This document shows positions 24,582-42,764 of a stretch of DNA of 64,000 bases, one piece after another (position 1 is the stretch's first letter; each line of letters opens with the position of its first letter). Position numbers and translations under genes: made by a program. This DNA is from Amoebophrya sp. A120 (lineage: Eukaryota > Protista > Dinoflagellata): positions 4,030,130 to 4,094,129 of the forward strand of contig CAJINV010000006.1 in the NCBI GenBank assembly GCA_905178155.1. The letters are read 5' to 3'. A model generated the notes under the pieces. The model saw only the letters and a list, made by a program, of their open reading frames with translations. It ran no database searches and was not told the origin of the DNA.

Positions 24582-26409
24582 TCATCCCTCTTCCATCGAG
24601 CAGCCACCGACTGTATCCGCCAACGGCACCACCGCGTTCCCACTCAAACCCCCCCGCGACGGCTGCACTTGTCTTTCTCTTTTCCCATCCTCGCTATCCA
24701 AATATTTCTCCTGCAATCTATCCACAAACTCCGCGTAATCAGCGGTAGAATCCTTCAACACCGTGTCAAACATCCGTCTGTAATCCATTTCCGTCTCGTT
24801 TGTCTTCTTCAAAGCCTGTTCCTCCATTTCCTGACACGCCTTCTCCGCGAAAATCCTCCCGTTCGATTGGTCGCACCGCATCAGGATTCGATACACTGAC
24901 TCGGAATCCTCGATGTTACAGGGGTCGAACCGGACTAAATTGAATTCCTCCACTAACTCTGCCAAAGATTCGTGGAACTTCTTGAATTTCCGAAATAAGG
25001 GGTGGTGGAGGAACTGATTCTTTTTTGTGGTTGAGGAAGTCTTTTGCCTTTCGTTCTGAACAGTGGAGGATGTCGTTGAAGCAGCTGAAGCGGTTCCTCT
25101 TCTATCGACACTAGAGGAAGAAGATGAGCTTCCCCCGGCCACACCTGCCGCCGCAGACGATTTTGCGTCTGTCGTTCCCCTTGCCGCTTGTTTCTCTTCT
25201 TCGACTACTTGTTTCTCGCCTTCAGCAATCTGGTCGGTACTAGATGTTGGTGGCCCATCTTTATTTCCGGTCGTGGAAGATGATGAACTAGTATCCTTCA
25301 TCTTCGAAGCACCCTCTACTTCATCTTGTTTGACGCTATGCTCCACAATCTCGTCGCTTTTCAAATAGGCGGTAAGCCGGTCGTAACTCTCCTTATCCTT
25401 CTGACAAGTTAACGCCGCTTTTGATGGGTCAGCACAACTCGTCATCCCCTCCATCGTCTTCGACAAATTCACGTCTTCCATCCACGCGTCCCGCAACACC
25501 CCCGCGTTGTGCAGTAAATGCGATAAATCCTCGACTCCCAGATAGTAATCTAACCTGAAGGGCAAATCCTTCGCGAAGTCCTTCATCAAATCGACCTTCG
25601 TCAACACGTTCACCGGTGGTAACTCCAAGTGCATGGTACAAGTCAACGCGGTGAGAGTTCCGCTGATGAAGCTCCCCGCGTCTCTGCACCAGGTGGAATC
25701 GACTAAATGCACGCAGCACAACCTTAAATCCAGCATCTTCTGCAGGGTACTGGTGATGTTCCGCATGGACTCGTGGTGGAGATACAATTCCACCTGGCCG
25801 GGTAAATCGAAGATCAAATAGCGGCTGTTCCAGTACGGGAATTCCATCAATTTCGCGAGTTATGCATTGCAAATATGTCTGGGTCTGAAAGTAAAGTGCA
25901 ACTTGTCATGCAGGTTTTCCATGACTCATGAGGTCTGGAATTATGCGGGACCTAGCATGACAGAGACTGTGAGAGCTCTAATATCATGCCTATCCTGCAT
26001 GAGAGACTCCCTCCAAACTTGGTCGAAAATGGGCAGCTTTTGGCACTCATGCAACACAGATTTCTGCATGATTCAGATTTAGCATGACAAGTCGCAATCT
26101 TCCAGACCCAGACACTTTTGCAATCCATACGAGTAAGAATTCCTCAATGTGGTCCTCGATAAATTCCATGGCGTAAACCAAGCCCCCGTTTGGCCCGAGG
26201 TTAAACTCCTCCATCACGTCTTCCACCGTGATGAGCTCCTTGATATCAATGAGGTTTTCCTTGTCGTAGGGTAGCTGATCATTCCCGGGGTCGAGGTTGA
26301 TTACCATATAGGGTCGTTTCATCGCGAGGCACATCTGCTGCATGCCGTGGCAGTAGGTGGTTTTGCCGCTGCCCGGAGGGCCCAGGACAAACTGCCCGAA
26401 CATCGCCAT
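24582..26409 (-). CDS. GPN2: GPN-loop GTPase 2
   Basis: GPPGSGKTTYC P-loop, NLDPGN, LGPNGGL, FDLPGQVELY and NVLTKVDL motifs. Removing 25861-26129 plus TSD CGAGT gives EEFLLAKLMEFPY in frame. Confidence 0.88.
25861..26129. mobile_element. Introner family A in GPN2
   Basis: TSD CGAGT. Confidence 0.92.
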
Positions 26410-28159
26410 TTTTTGATTGCTGTATTTTTGGGGGGTTTTTCGTTATTGGTCTTTTGACCCTTTGGTCTATCGGAACAAATGTTTGTAACTTACTGGGTTG
26501 AGTAAAAGGCGGCTCAACTTCAATAGCTACAGCTAAAGCGGAGGAGAAAATGGGTCGTAATCATGTTCCAGGTGCTAGAAAAGTGTCGCTGTCGCTCTAA
26601 CGGTCCTCGTGCTGCTTCTCCTATAGTGCTGTAGCCGGCCTGTCTTCCTATCCTCCTGTGTTTCTTGTTCCGAATAAGTTTTACGGGCAAATGAAACGAA
26701 GAAGAACTGGATTTTGGCTTCTGTACTTAGAAAAATGATCTTCATTTTGATCTCTGTCTGTGGATTTGTCACAGCTTCCAACTTTTTTTAGAACGCAGGG
26801 CATGGCATCAAACTTCTATCTTTTTGCTTTTCGCTCGAAAAAAAGTTGAGGAAGATCTTCACGATGCTTAATGACTAAATCCCGAAATTCATCAGAGCGC
26901 AGGCGGACTGTATTCATCATCATCATCATATTTGTGCGTGTCCTTGATAATTCATTATCGACTCGTCTTCTCATGAGTGGACGGGCACCCAGTACTGCTT
27001 TTTCGGAATGGCCCGAGAGTTACTCCGCTTGCCAGGTGTCATCCTGGCATCTGTAGAAAGCGATCCCGCAGACATATTTAATTTCTCTCCCCGTGTTTTC
27101 ACAGAAATCTTCACTGTCTACGTCGAACAGCTTTCCCCACAATAAGTACCCTCTTGCGTGTGACGCAAGGGCGCAGTCAGGAAGGCGGGGCGTCCTCCAT
27201 TTTCCTTTTGCGGTTGATTCGTCGCTTTATCGAAGCTTTACTTTTGATGTGGACAATCGAAATAAAGCCAAAAGTTGAATATTTTGCAGTCATTTTTGGA
27301 GCGCATAATTTTTGATGTCGCAACTTCTTCCCTAGTAGTCTTCCGACTGACTGTGGGACCTGCAAGAACCATACGCGGAGGAGGTTTCGAGCAGTGTATG
27401 AGATACAGCAGGCTCGATTTTCCAAATCCTAGTAGGTGCTTTTTGTTTTTCTTTCAAAAGCGTGCTTTATGTTTGAATGAGTTGCAAGAAACAACAAGAA
27501 CTTCGTCCGCTCTGTTATTGTAACATGGAGGCCCACCACAACATTCGAAGTAGGAAGATTAACACCAGCCTAATTCCGATTACTTAATATGTTCTTGAAT
27601 CAGCACCAAGTTGTTCATTCTAGGGCACCACTCGTCGTGTAAGTAAGTCTACAGTGAATACCTCCACATTATGACTCTGCACCACTCACAATTTGGTGAA
27701 GATGAAACTGAAACATGATGGGCTGTCGCAACGGCCACGTAGAAAATAAATCCCACCGCTCGTCCCGGACTCGGTAGTTCAAGTCACCCGTGTGACGATC
27801 CGTGAAAGGTACTTAGATTTCTAGCTGATTCGAAGAGTCGGATTTGCCGTTCCGGTTTCTCTTTCCATTGCGACCCGCATGATCCGCAGCAAGGGGTCAA
27901 TTGGGCGACCATGTTCATCCGCAGCCTGGTGGTCTTATTCCGCAATAATCATCCCGGTATTAACTTTGGCTGCTCGTCCTCCCGGCACCATTCTTCCAAT
28001 GGCTAGACCGCACTAGTCTTTCCCGGACGCCGGTATTTTTCTGTTCATCCCGATTTGTTCATCTGCTTCCGCCGCGAACAATGCTCGACTCTCGTTGTTC
28101 CTCGTGCAGTTTTTTTTCCTGTGAAAAAACCCGTAAAAACAAGCGACGCATCCAGTATC

Positions 28160-30709
28160 TCACATGAAGTCATCTTCTTCCGCAGCAGTCACCGCGGCGA
28201 CCTCGGATGTGGGTTTATTACTCTGGTGTTTCGAGGATTTTTTTTGCGGTTTGTAGTTGTATTCGTACTGCTGGTCTTTGTGATACTCGTACTGATGTTC
28301 CTCCTTCTTCTTCTTCGGTTCCTTCGCCGGAACTGGCTTCGGAGCAGGAGCAAGCTTTTTCATTTGCGCAGCGGTAGTACGGGCACCACGACGGTTCTCC
28401 TCGTTTTCCCCCTTTTCCTCCTCCACCATCACTAAAGCCGTGAACGCGTTCACCAGATCCGTGCTCGTTTTTTTCTCCTCGACCATGTTGTTTTTCCTCT
28501 CCTCCTTCTCCTTCGTAACCTCCTCGACGGACCGATATCGCACGATTTGTTTTTTCTCCTTCTCCAGCAATCTAATCTTCGTGTCCAAATTCCGCATCTC
28601 CAGCACAACCCGCTGAATTTCCGCCCCGGCTTCGTTGTACTTATCCTCTTGCTTCCGCAACTGCTCTATGAAATGCAAAAATGTCTGGGTCTGGAAGAAT
28701 GCAAGTTTGTCATGCTTGTCTGGCACGACTCGGGAATCTGTGTTGCATAGGCACGAAAGAGCCCTCTTATCTGTCATGCGAAAAGGCAGTTTGCCATGCG
28801 GAATACGTAAGACATGGCAGCCACAAAATTTGTCATGCATAGCTGCGTATTGCGGCGCGTCTATCATTCACTTTTAGCATTACAAGTTTCCAGACCCAGA
28901 CATTTTTGCATTTGATATGCTCCCGGTTCTGCTCGCCCCTTTGCAGCATGTAGGCTTTTTTGCACGAGTCCACGTTTTTCTTCAAATCCTGCTGTTTTTT
29001 CTCGTTCAGCTGCTTCTCTTTGAACAGTTGCTGCTTCTCCTCGAGGATTTGCTTGATTTCACTATTCACCCTAGCTTCTTGCTCGATAATGTAAAACAGC
29101 GGGTCTTTTTGCAATCGAGATTGCCATATCAACTGCAAACACGTCTGGGTCCTCTGGAAGGTGCCGAGATCATTGTAATGCAGTTTTTCCAAGCACCACC
29201 AAATCTGGAATGCAGGGCCTAGCATCACAGGATCTGTCGCCCCTTGGTCGTGATGCCTGTTCTGCATGAGAAACGCCCTCACAGCATGGCCAGATACTTA
29301 TGTGCACCTTTTGCAAGTCACGCAACACAGATTTTTGTACGATCAGCAACATGCATCACAAGTTCACATCCTTCCAGACATCCAGGGATATTTGCAATGC
29401 ATATGCCACTTCGTGTCATCCTTGGGGATCAGCATGTACTCCCAGTTTTTCACGTAGGACATGAAACCTGATTTTTGTATAATGGTTTGATGAAGCTTTT
29501 CGCATGACAAGGCAAGACCGTAGCTGCATCAAAATCTATTCATGCTATGGAAGTAGATGAAAACACTAGCATAGCTGTATCCGTATCACGATTTTTTTGC
29601 ATGACAACATTGTTCACTTCAAAAAATACCCTTCTCCTCCGCCAGCGCCTCGTGTAAGCTGTACAAATCCGTGACTTCCCCATCGAACATCGGGAACTTC
29701 AAAACTTTCCCGTTCGTCAACTTCGCATACTGTTCCTCGTACTTCGACACGGGCATTTTCACTTCCTTCGTCCCCTTCTGCTCGGCCCAGTCGATCACCA
29801 TTTCCCGAGTATGCATTGCAAAAGTATCGCTCTCGTAGTGAGTAATTGCATTTATGCATTACAAATCTCTTTCTTAGGCTGGCTCCGCATGACAAATTCC
29901 CTTTGTCATGCTGAGCTAATTTGTATTGCAATACTGCGACTACGATACTTTTGCAATTCATACCGAGTTGTGATCAACAACTGTCGCCACTCCAATTCCG
30001 CGATCCACGCCGCGGGAGCTTGCTGCTGTTGATCTTGGAGAGAGGTGGAAGAATCCGCGTTCTCCTGATTGGCGTAGAATTGTTCTTTCGTGTTTGTTTG
30101 CATCAGTTCCGGAGAAGAAGCGCTGTCTTCTGGAGAAGATTTTGATGATTGCAGCTCCCCGTTGGCACCATCGACAGCAATTCCATTGTTTTGCGCAGAC
30201 CTCGGGCTGGTGGCATCGTTGGAACTCGTGTAGTTGCCGCCGGTTTTTTTGCTGACCACATCCTGGCCTTGCTCGTTTATTTCCGCGCCACAGACCACAA
30301 GGTCTCTATCACGACCCTGTTTGTTATTTTCCTCACCAGACGTCAGCTCCGCGCTCTTCGGCTTGGAGTTGTTTGCTGCAGCGCCGATTAGCGTGGTGAT
30401 TTTCGTGACTTTCTCCTTCTTTTCCTTTTTCTCCTTCTTGCTTTTCGATTTTTTTGTAGATGATGTGTCGTGGTCCGCAGATGGTTGTACAATTGTTCCG
30501 CCAGGAGCGCCTGATACAACTGCACCAATCCCACCACCTAGCGGATGTTGACCAAAGCCCGGAACAAGAGGATGAACCGCAGCTCCACCGTGCGCTTTGC
30601 TTTTGTAATTCAGGCTATCCGCGTCGCAATTTCGATCGTAAAACTCGTAGTCGTTGTTCTGCGCCCGGACGTGCGCGCGCCACGTGGCCTCGTCAGGCTG
30701 CACCGACAT
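28160..30709 (-). CDS. Hypothetical coiled-coil protein, possible small HTH-type (LOTUS/ARID-like) domain
   Basis: Frame restored across elements 29810-29962, 29127-29403, 28667-28917 and GT-AG intron 29468-29629; E/K/Q-rich C-terminal half. Domain call is weak and the 3' end is uncertain. Confidence 0.55.
28667..28917. mobile_element. Introner family A
   Basis: TSD TGCTC. Confidence 0.9.
29127..29403. mobile_element. Introner family A
   Basis: TSD TGCCA. Confidence 0.9.
29810..29962. mobile_element. Introner family B
   Basis: TSD CCGAG. Confidence 0.9.
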
Positions 30710-31831
30710 AATTTCGTATTGATTTGCTTTACTTTGAGGATTTTTCCCTAATGCTAATCAATGCTAGAAATGAGCGTCTTTCCGTGTGCTAAAAACAGCG
30801 ATAGCATAGTTCGCATGTCAACGTGAATGTACTTTTCCTTACGATGAGACGAGGCAATTAAAACGGCAATCAAGAACGTGGGCGCAAAAGAAAAAGTGGA
30901 TTGGGAATAATTACAAGTCAAAAATTGAACGTCATAATATCTTGGATGAGTGTCGTGAGACCATTTTGACTCAAGAAAAGCTGTTAGTATGCTCTCGGCG
31001 GCATTTTGATTTTTAGTATTTGCAGTAATAAAAAACTTGTTGAAAGAAAAAGACAAAAGCGTAATTCTTACTAGCGCTCTTCGTCGCTCAGACCGGGGGA
31101 AGTGACAGGTAGTTCGTTGCATTTTCACAAAGAATTCTTTTCATTCTCACCTCGGAGATATATCTCGTTCGGAGAATTTAACTTTTGATCATTTGCCAGC
31201 GTGTTGCTAGAGGCTAACTACTTACACTGGCGTTTGAACACATTTCTCAGATGAATGGCGTTCTTTCCTTCCACACGCCAGCCTACACAAAAATCCGCTT
31301 TGGAACCTCTTCCGGGCAAAAGTGGTTCTTGCGCTGGTGGCGGAACGAGAACCATTTTCGTTTTGGCGATCATAATCTGTTCAAAAATAATGTACAATTT
31401 TGGATGTATCGTTGTAAAACATTTTCGATCCACATGCTGTGTTGATGAAAAAGCCCCGTTATTGTAATGAAACATGACAGAATCATAATCAAACCTAAAA
31501 ACTACAATGAATTTGTTATCATCTCAAACATAAGATACAGTGTGGAATTATAGGCAAAAAATCTTCGCGCTAAAGGACTCTGAATGCAGAAAAACCTGCT
31601 GTTCTGAACAGAAATAGCTCGTATACAAGATGCGATTTTATTTTGTCAAAGCTGCTGTCAAAACTGAACTGTTAAACCATAAAAACCGAAAGAAAAATCG
31701 CAATGAAATCAAGATAGAATCAAATCGAAAACTTTTTCATCTCCTCATCTCCATAGGTGTTTCGTAGTATTTCGGGTAGCTCCTAGCTATCGCACTCCCC
31801 ACGTAGTAAGAAGTTCCTCCACTTCCTCTTC

Positions 31832-34004
31832 TCAGATGCGCCACATCACCGTGCTTCCCAGAATCTCCTGACTAGTCTATGCTGTGCAAAAACGTCCCCA
31901 CCCCAGAGTTGTAATGTAGATTCACAATCACAGGAATGCTTGTAATGCGCCTCCCCATGAGAGACGCTATCTGTCGCGCTTTGGCATTTGTGATGCTGCA
32001 AGCCGGATAAGCAGATGGATTTGTAATGCGGCTGTCCTTGTGAACCTGCACTACACTACAGAGAGAAGCTTGTCATGCGTGACTCCCAAAAGTTATGGGT
32101 TTGTGTTGCAAAATCCCCATCTTGACTCTAGGGTGGGGAGGTTTTTCCTCAGGATATAGTCCGATTGTGGATCAGCCCCCTTGTCGGCACGTTCGTCTGG
32201 TTCACCACGTGCCTTTTGCCCGTATCAAATACAAAAATGTCTGGGTCTGGAAGGTTCTGAAACCTGTCATGCATGTTTTGCATGGCCCAGGATGTCTGTA
32301 ATACACGACCCAGCATCACAGATTTTTAGAGGGCTTCCCGATGTTCATGTTGCCTACTCCGCATGACAAACGCCCTCCCCACGTAGCACAAACTAGACTC
32401 CTCTTCCTGGTCACGCAATACAGATTTTTTTAGAGTCCAAATTTAGCATCACAAGTTCCAACCTTCCAGACCCAGACGCTTTTGCATTTGATAGCCCGCT
32501 CGGTTTCGCAAGTACCAGGGGACATAAAACTCCTTCCCAACACCCGCTTTCCGCTGGCGGTCGGCCTGATAGAAGAAGGTTGTCATGTACATAGCAACAT
32601 CATCATCACGTTGAATTGCGACACATTCGTCCTTTGCATCACAAGCTCCGAGAGGACTTTCTTATCAAGAAACAAGCACGAAAACTTCTAGACTATACGA
32701 ATGCATCCGGCACTGGCGTATCCTTCGCACTGACGTTCTTAAACCGAAAGGTCCACGGCGGTCGCTCCGTAAGGGGATCCACACTCGCAGACCTTTTCCA
32801 CTTGGTCGCCGCTCTGGCCGTGTTCCGGGACAGAGGTCTCGGTTTGTAGTGGATTTTTGTCATCGAACTGTTCCACGCGATTTCGACACTCGGCGTCGTC
32901 GCCCGCTTTGACGCGAGATTTGTACTTGTCAATTCCGGTGTCTTCGCGTACAGATTGACGCCCTCGAGCCGCGCTTTTTGGAAGAAGTTGGAGGAAGAAG
33001 CGCTTTGGTTGTTCATCGTGTGATTTTGTTCTAGTGTCGCGACGGACCCGTCTAGCGTTCGATTTTCGTCGTCTGTGAAGAAGGAGAGGTTATCATGCAG
33101 GTCGGTCATGGTGTTGTTTAACGACAATGATTATCAAATGCAAAAATGTCTGGGTCTGGAAACTTGTGATGCTGGGTGGCGTATCATGATGAGGCCACAA
33201 GTGCTGGCCCAGCATGACAAGTTTCTAAGCTTCTAGGTGTTGCCTATTCTGCATGGCAAACTGCGTTCCTGCATGACAGAAAAATGGAGCGCTTGGGTAA
33301 CGTGCATGACAGATTTAAGAGTCATGCCAGACAAGCATGACAAATATGCATTCTTCCAGACCCAGACATTTTTACAGTTGATAATGATGCTCCTCCCAGT
33401 CCCATGTTGGCAGATGAATTTTTCAGACTACTCATGCCCGACGGCCTGCTGTGTTGATTGTTGCCCTGTTTCGTTGAGTTGTGAGGCTTCTTATTCTGTT
33501 GGAAAGAAAGATTGAAGTCCACATTCCGGCCAGATTTATTTCCGCTCTGTCCCGGGCCACTGGGGGCGGTGGCCACTCGTGCTGGAGAATTGTTGTTGTA
33601 TGCATTGCAAATATGTCTGGGTCTGGAAGGTTGGAACTTGTCATGCTAAATCTGAATCATATAAAATTTGTGTTGCGTGATTACCACGACAAGCTGTCCA
33701 CTTGTGACCTAATCGAGACGCCGTTTCTCATGCAGAATAGGCATCGTAGAACTATCACAGACTCTGTCATGCTATGTCCTACATAACAGACCTCATGGGT
33801 CATGGAAAACCTGCATGACAAGTCTGGCATTCTTCCAGACCCAGACGTATTTGCTGCAGTTGATATGTTGGCCGCGCGGAGACTACTGCTGTTATTCGTA
33901 CCCCCACCCATCGTCAGGAGCGATGAGGTAGAGGACGCTGGGCGCTGCATTTTTTGCGGATGTAGAGCTGTGGCTTGAACCTCGTTGGGACCAAACCAAT
34001 CCAC
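31832..34004 (-). CDS. Hypothetical low-complexity S/N/T-rich protein (5' start uncertain)
   Basis: Frame restored across elements 33599-33865, 33132-33383, 32223-32493, 31878-32156 and GT-AG intron 32566-32698; stop TGA at 31832-31834. Confidence 0.55.
31878..32156. mobile_element. Introner family C
   Basis: TSD TAGTC. Confidence 0.9.
32223..32493. mobile_element. Introner family A
   Basis: TSD GCCCG. Confidence 0.9.
33132..33383. mobile_element. Introner family A
   Basis: TSD ATGAT. Confidence 0.9.
33599..33865. mobile_element. Introner family A
   Basis: TSD TGTTG. Confidence 0.9.
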
Positions 34005-35295
34005 GCCGCTATGCTTGAATCTAAGCTACCCCGGCGGTGCCCGATTTTTTCGAAAAAAAATAAAAAACTGGCGGTTTTTACGGAAAAAAAACATAAAGGC
34101 GGAGTGTGATTTTTAAGGAGTACACCAGGCTAGCACGTACTACGACGAGCGACACACGATTTGGCTTTTGAAGATTTGATCTAAAAAGCGAATTTTTTTC
34201 AATACGAATGAAAGGACCATAACGGCACAACGAAGTCCGAAACCGATTCTAGTGCCGTGTTCTTGCTGGTTCACAACGATGCAGCTACTACACCGATCTG
34301 CTGCAAGTGCCACGCTTCGTTCCCCCACCACGGCAATAAGCGAAGATTTCTTGGACCTTGGTTCGCACCTTCCAGATACACGTACACCACCCACCCAACG
34401 ATTTGCAATTACTGCTCGAACAAGAAATGGAGTGCCGCCCTGTCCTTTTAGGAGGTCGTGCCGCACCCGCACGAACAACTTCTAAAAGGATTTTTCATGT
34501 TGTGCGCCCCACCCAACACCGAAACCGAACTGAAACAATCTCTGGCCCGCGTCTTTTATCGGCAGACTTTCATGCGAACAGCAGGACGACGACAGACTTA
34601 TTTTCGCTTAAGAAACGAATTTGTGGCGTCGCAGAAACTGATCATAGCCAGACCATTATATAGAGCACATCTTTGGCTTTCTGACCTTGATATTTTGCGT
34701 TTTGGGGCATCGATCGCGACCCAGCATTGGGCTACCATGTAAAGGAGAAGGAAATCCTTCATACTTGTTAAGTGGAAAATACTGTCGCACAGCACCCGAA
34801 GGAAGCGAGCAGTGTTATACTCTTCAAATTCAAGACGTACTTTTTGTCCTCGAGCGGCTCTTCAAAGATGGATCTCGAAGGGCTTCACTATATTCCTGAA
34901 ATAATCAAGTAAGTACAAAAGGAATCTGTAAGACTTCGTAGGGTGTTTTCTTGAACTGATACTGAATAAAATTAAAATGTAAGTGCATCACTTAATTTTT
35001 CTTTATCTTTTTGGCAATACAAATCACTAACAATCAAATTGAAATTTGTAGTGCGTATCATAAACAATAAAAGCAGCGAAACTACACAAATGTAAATTTA
35101 AGAACTAAACGTAAACCATAATATTGCGAACAAAATAGATACCACAGGGCGGAAGCACGCAACAATACATAGGCTTAGGCATAAAGAAACAGTACATATT
35201 TAGATGATGTCCTTGAAAATTTGCACGAGGCTCTCTCACAACATGAACATTTATTGTGGTTGAAATCAATCTCATTTATTTCTGGTTGCACTGAT

Positions 35296-36089
35296 TTAAC
35301 TTCCACCGCCCATTCTTTTTCTCATGCTGGGCGTTGGCGGCACGTCGGCTGTGAGAACCAACTGCCGCTGCGCCTGGGGTCCGGCGCTCGCATCGTTGGT
35401 TCCCCTTTCCGCGTGCGAGGCAGAATCCGCACCATGCGCGGTGGAACTGCTGGCTCCCGGTGTGGACGGTGGGGTTTGCGTCGGTGTGGACGGTGGGGTT
35501 TGCGGTGGGGTCACGTAGATCTGGAACGGGACTCTTGCTTCCTTCTTCCCTTGCTTTGCATGTTCCTCCGCCTGTTCGTTCCCGGTCTTGACCACCAGCT
35601 CCGCCTGTTCGTTCCCGGTCTTTTGCAAAGTCGCCGACACCTGCGGGAAAGCGAATGGAGGCTTTCGTTCGGAATAGGCAAGATGGGCACGTTGACGCCA
35701 TTCATTTTTATTTCGAATAGTCCTTGAACATATGGATATCAATCAGTATCACAAAAAGGTAATTGGAAATTAATAAAATATCAATACCGATCCATCCCAG
35801 AGCATCGCTGCGCTCACGTCGGTCGCCTCATCCCCATCCTCGGGGGGGGGGTCATTCCAGCGCGCAAGTTCTGGTTGTATGCGCGAGCGAAAAGCCAACC
35901 TGCGTTTTGAAGGATGTTTCCTGAAGCAGAGTCAACAGGATTTTCACGAGGACATATATCAAATAACTCATTATCATAATTTCTAGTACTGTAATGGTCC
36001 TCGCACGGGCCAACCAGCGGAAGGATCAGCTTGAGGGAGCGCTCGGCGCGCTTATCACAACCGGATTTCGATTTCTTGCTGCGCGGCAT
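35296..36089 (-). CDS. Possible hypothetical gene with short tandem peptide repeats
   Basis: ORFs 35814..36089 and 35296..35742 (KTGNEQAE x2, QTPPSTP x2); no recognisable homology and no splice model. Confidence 0.2.
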
Positions 36090-37967
36090 GATTTTGTGGC
36101 TAGTTTATTTCCACACTGACACTAACTTGTGTAAGCAAAGTACGAACAAACCAGCAACCGCACACCAGTTGTCCCTCGAAAAATCTACTGCGGTGCAACA
36201 CTGTTTTAGGACGAGAGGGGCGACGTAATCAATGTATCTGCACGAGCGATACACTCGTAAAAAAGCAATTCCGACTGTGAGGGACTAAGTACCGAGAAAA
36301 GGCTTGGCTCTGAATGTCTATACCAGTACGAATGCTTCCGGTTTAAGTTTATGTAGCTCGCGGCTTCTTGTCACTTCTTGCAGGACGGCATGCTTCCCTT
36401 CTATCTAGTTCTTTTTTTGCCGCAACGATATCCTTGTGAACCACTACGACCCAGGTGCAATGACAAATCCGTCGAAACGAGGCCCGAACTAGTCCTAGTT
36501 GGCTTCGACTTTTCCATGATGACAATGAAATTCCTCCGCAGAGAGAGACGGGAGAGGTTCTTGCATGCAGACCGAGGAAACGACACGACAGATGGAAACG
36601 ATTGCGAGGATTTGCATCCGAACAGCGGAATCACAGCACAACAAACTACTTCCAAACGACGCACCGGCGCGTCGTTTATGTAGCAGCTTCTAGTAGAAAG
36701 ACAGTGACAGGATTTTTCATGTTACAAATACGTTAAAAACAAGGTATCATGATCTTCTCGTGCATGAAACATTTTCAGCGAGAAAAAGTGCTAGGGGTTC
36801 ATTTGAAAAGAAAAAGGTCGCTTTGAAGAGCAGTAGATAGAAGTAGACTCTACGGCATAAGCTATTTTTAGACACCATCATACATCAATCCACCTGCTAT
36901 AAGTTTCCTGATTCTGCTACTGATCGCTGCGTTTTACAGATACTACTTGACGTGTCGTTTCTTGTTTTCCTACCTGTTGCGTTCGCCTTGTCGTGCCGTT
37001 TCAGATGAATTTAGCTATTAAGCATAAGTCGAAAAAGACCCATCCTGTCTACTGTCAACATGGGTACAGCCTAAAGGAAAAACAAGCTAGACATGGTCAT
37101 TTGGGCGGGCAAACTAATCTAGAATGTTGTATTTTTAAAATTGGTTGGGATACTAGTATATTTATGTCGAACCTGATCGTGCTAACATTTTTCTGACGGA
37201 AGTCTTTTTATGTAAAAAGGGGGTTGCGATCTACGAGTTGTGATAGTATGCGATAGAGGTGTTCGATGAAAAAGTGTATACAAGGATAATAAACATGCTG
37301 ATTCGATTGACCTGATAGGACGAAATAGAAGAACAAGAAGTTTTTAGCACTGTAAGAGTTGTAATAAACAGAGTTATTAGAAACTAGTATAACAGGATTA
37401 TAACAAGTGTTTTTGACAACAGGTTGATGTAGTCGACTTAGCTGTGCCTCGCGGGAGGTGGAACTTCTCGAGTACTGCGCTCGTCGTCGATATTTATAGT
37501 ACAATAGGCCATCGTTAGATACCCTAATAGATTCCCATTGTGCAACATTTTTGGTTCGTTTTGTCCACACGGTGCTAGTATCTCGTTGTCCTTGTGCCTT
37601 TACGTCACTACGAAATAAATATATGGTCGCCTGCCGTCGCCCCGGCTTCGTTTTGACATTTTTTCCTTGTTCGCGAGGTCGTGGACATTTTTGGTTTGGA
37701 ACTGCTACTATCAAAATCTTGTGCATTTAGTCGTAATTGTAATGTAAACCTAAAACCGAGAGAAATGTAAAGAGTGTACTATGCGTATTTAAGTGTGAAA
37801 AATGTCTTGACTGTAAAATGGTATTAAAAACTTAACAAGCAGATAAAGATATCAAGGTTGATGTACTATTGTCGAAGAAAAGTTTCTACTTATTGAATCC
37901 GTGTAGTGGATTTTTGTTTTCAATTTCATTTTCATCAAAACTGAAACTGTACTTTTCTACTACAACT

Positions 37968-38275
37968 TATGAAAGCGTCAGGTTTGAAATCGTCAAGGTT
38001 GAAATAGTTTGCCATGCATAAAACCGATACCAGTCGGAAGCCCAGTTATCAAGCGGCGCATGACAAATTTTCTGAGCAGTGGAATCCAATTTGTCATGCT
38101 GTTTGGGCACAGAAGACTGCTTTTGTCATGCTACTTTAGCAGCTCTATCTCAAACCCTAAACAGGCTTACAATCGGCCTCGCTTGCCATTCCTGCAAGAG
38201 AGGCACTTCATGCCTTGCATTTTATGCATGACAAACTATTTCAACTTTGACGATTTCAATCCTGACACTCCCATA
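37968..38275. mobile_element. Introner family H (TIR TATGGAAGCGTCAGGATCGAAATC), probably in the CDPK 3' UTR
   Basis: TSD CAACT. Confidence 0.88.
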
Positions 38276-38351
38276 CAACTACGGTTGTGAGTACTATTAA
38301 ACGTCCTGTTCGTGGACACTGTCAAAACTTGTCGGATGATCCAGCCGATTT

Positions 38352-42181
<3,830 letters not shown>

Positions 42182-42764
42182 AGCGTTGTGTTTGCTTTTT
42201 GTATGATTATACACTGAATACTAGTAAGTTTTAAATCGGGAAAAAAAATCGCGGTTGTGTGCTGTTGACAAGGATTTTGGTTTTCAAAATTGTTGATGAT
42301 GTCAAAAGAAGGTTGATGTCGAGTAGTAGTAGTTTACTGAGGGGGGAATTATAAAATCACAACTGTGACACTGTGAGAATTCATTAGTTCAAGGGTGTGA
42401 ATTCAAAACTACGTGCTCGTCAAGTGGTGCTGCTCAGAAAGTATTCACTTGACGTAGAGCTGCTGTACTAGAACTTTCTCGCTTTTCTGACGGACCAGAC
42501 TCTACTATAATTGAGGACGGTCGCACGACTTCTAACGGTCTACTTCTTTTTGCCGCCCCCGCCCGAGTGTAGTACTTACTTACGACAGCAGGCTTACGAC
42601 AGGAGGAGTTGTAGCTGTAGAGGAGAAAATCTTCACGCACGCAGTTCTAGAAGGACGGTCATGGTAAGTAGATGTGGTCCGGAAACTACAAGCATCGTAC
42701 GTAGTAAACCGATTCATTCGACCACGAGCCAGTTCATGTTCACAAAAAAAAACGTTTTCTTGTT

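Noticed and set aside
34100-37900. Autonomous transposase in the element-free gap
   Set aside because: No long ORF, DDE motif or flanking TIR recognised.
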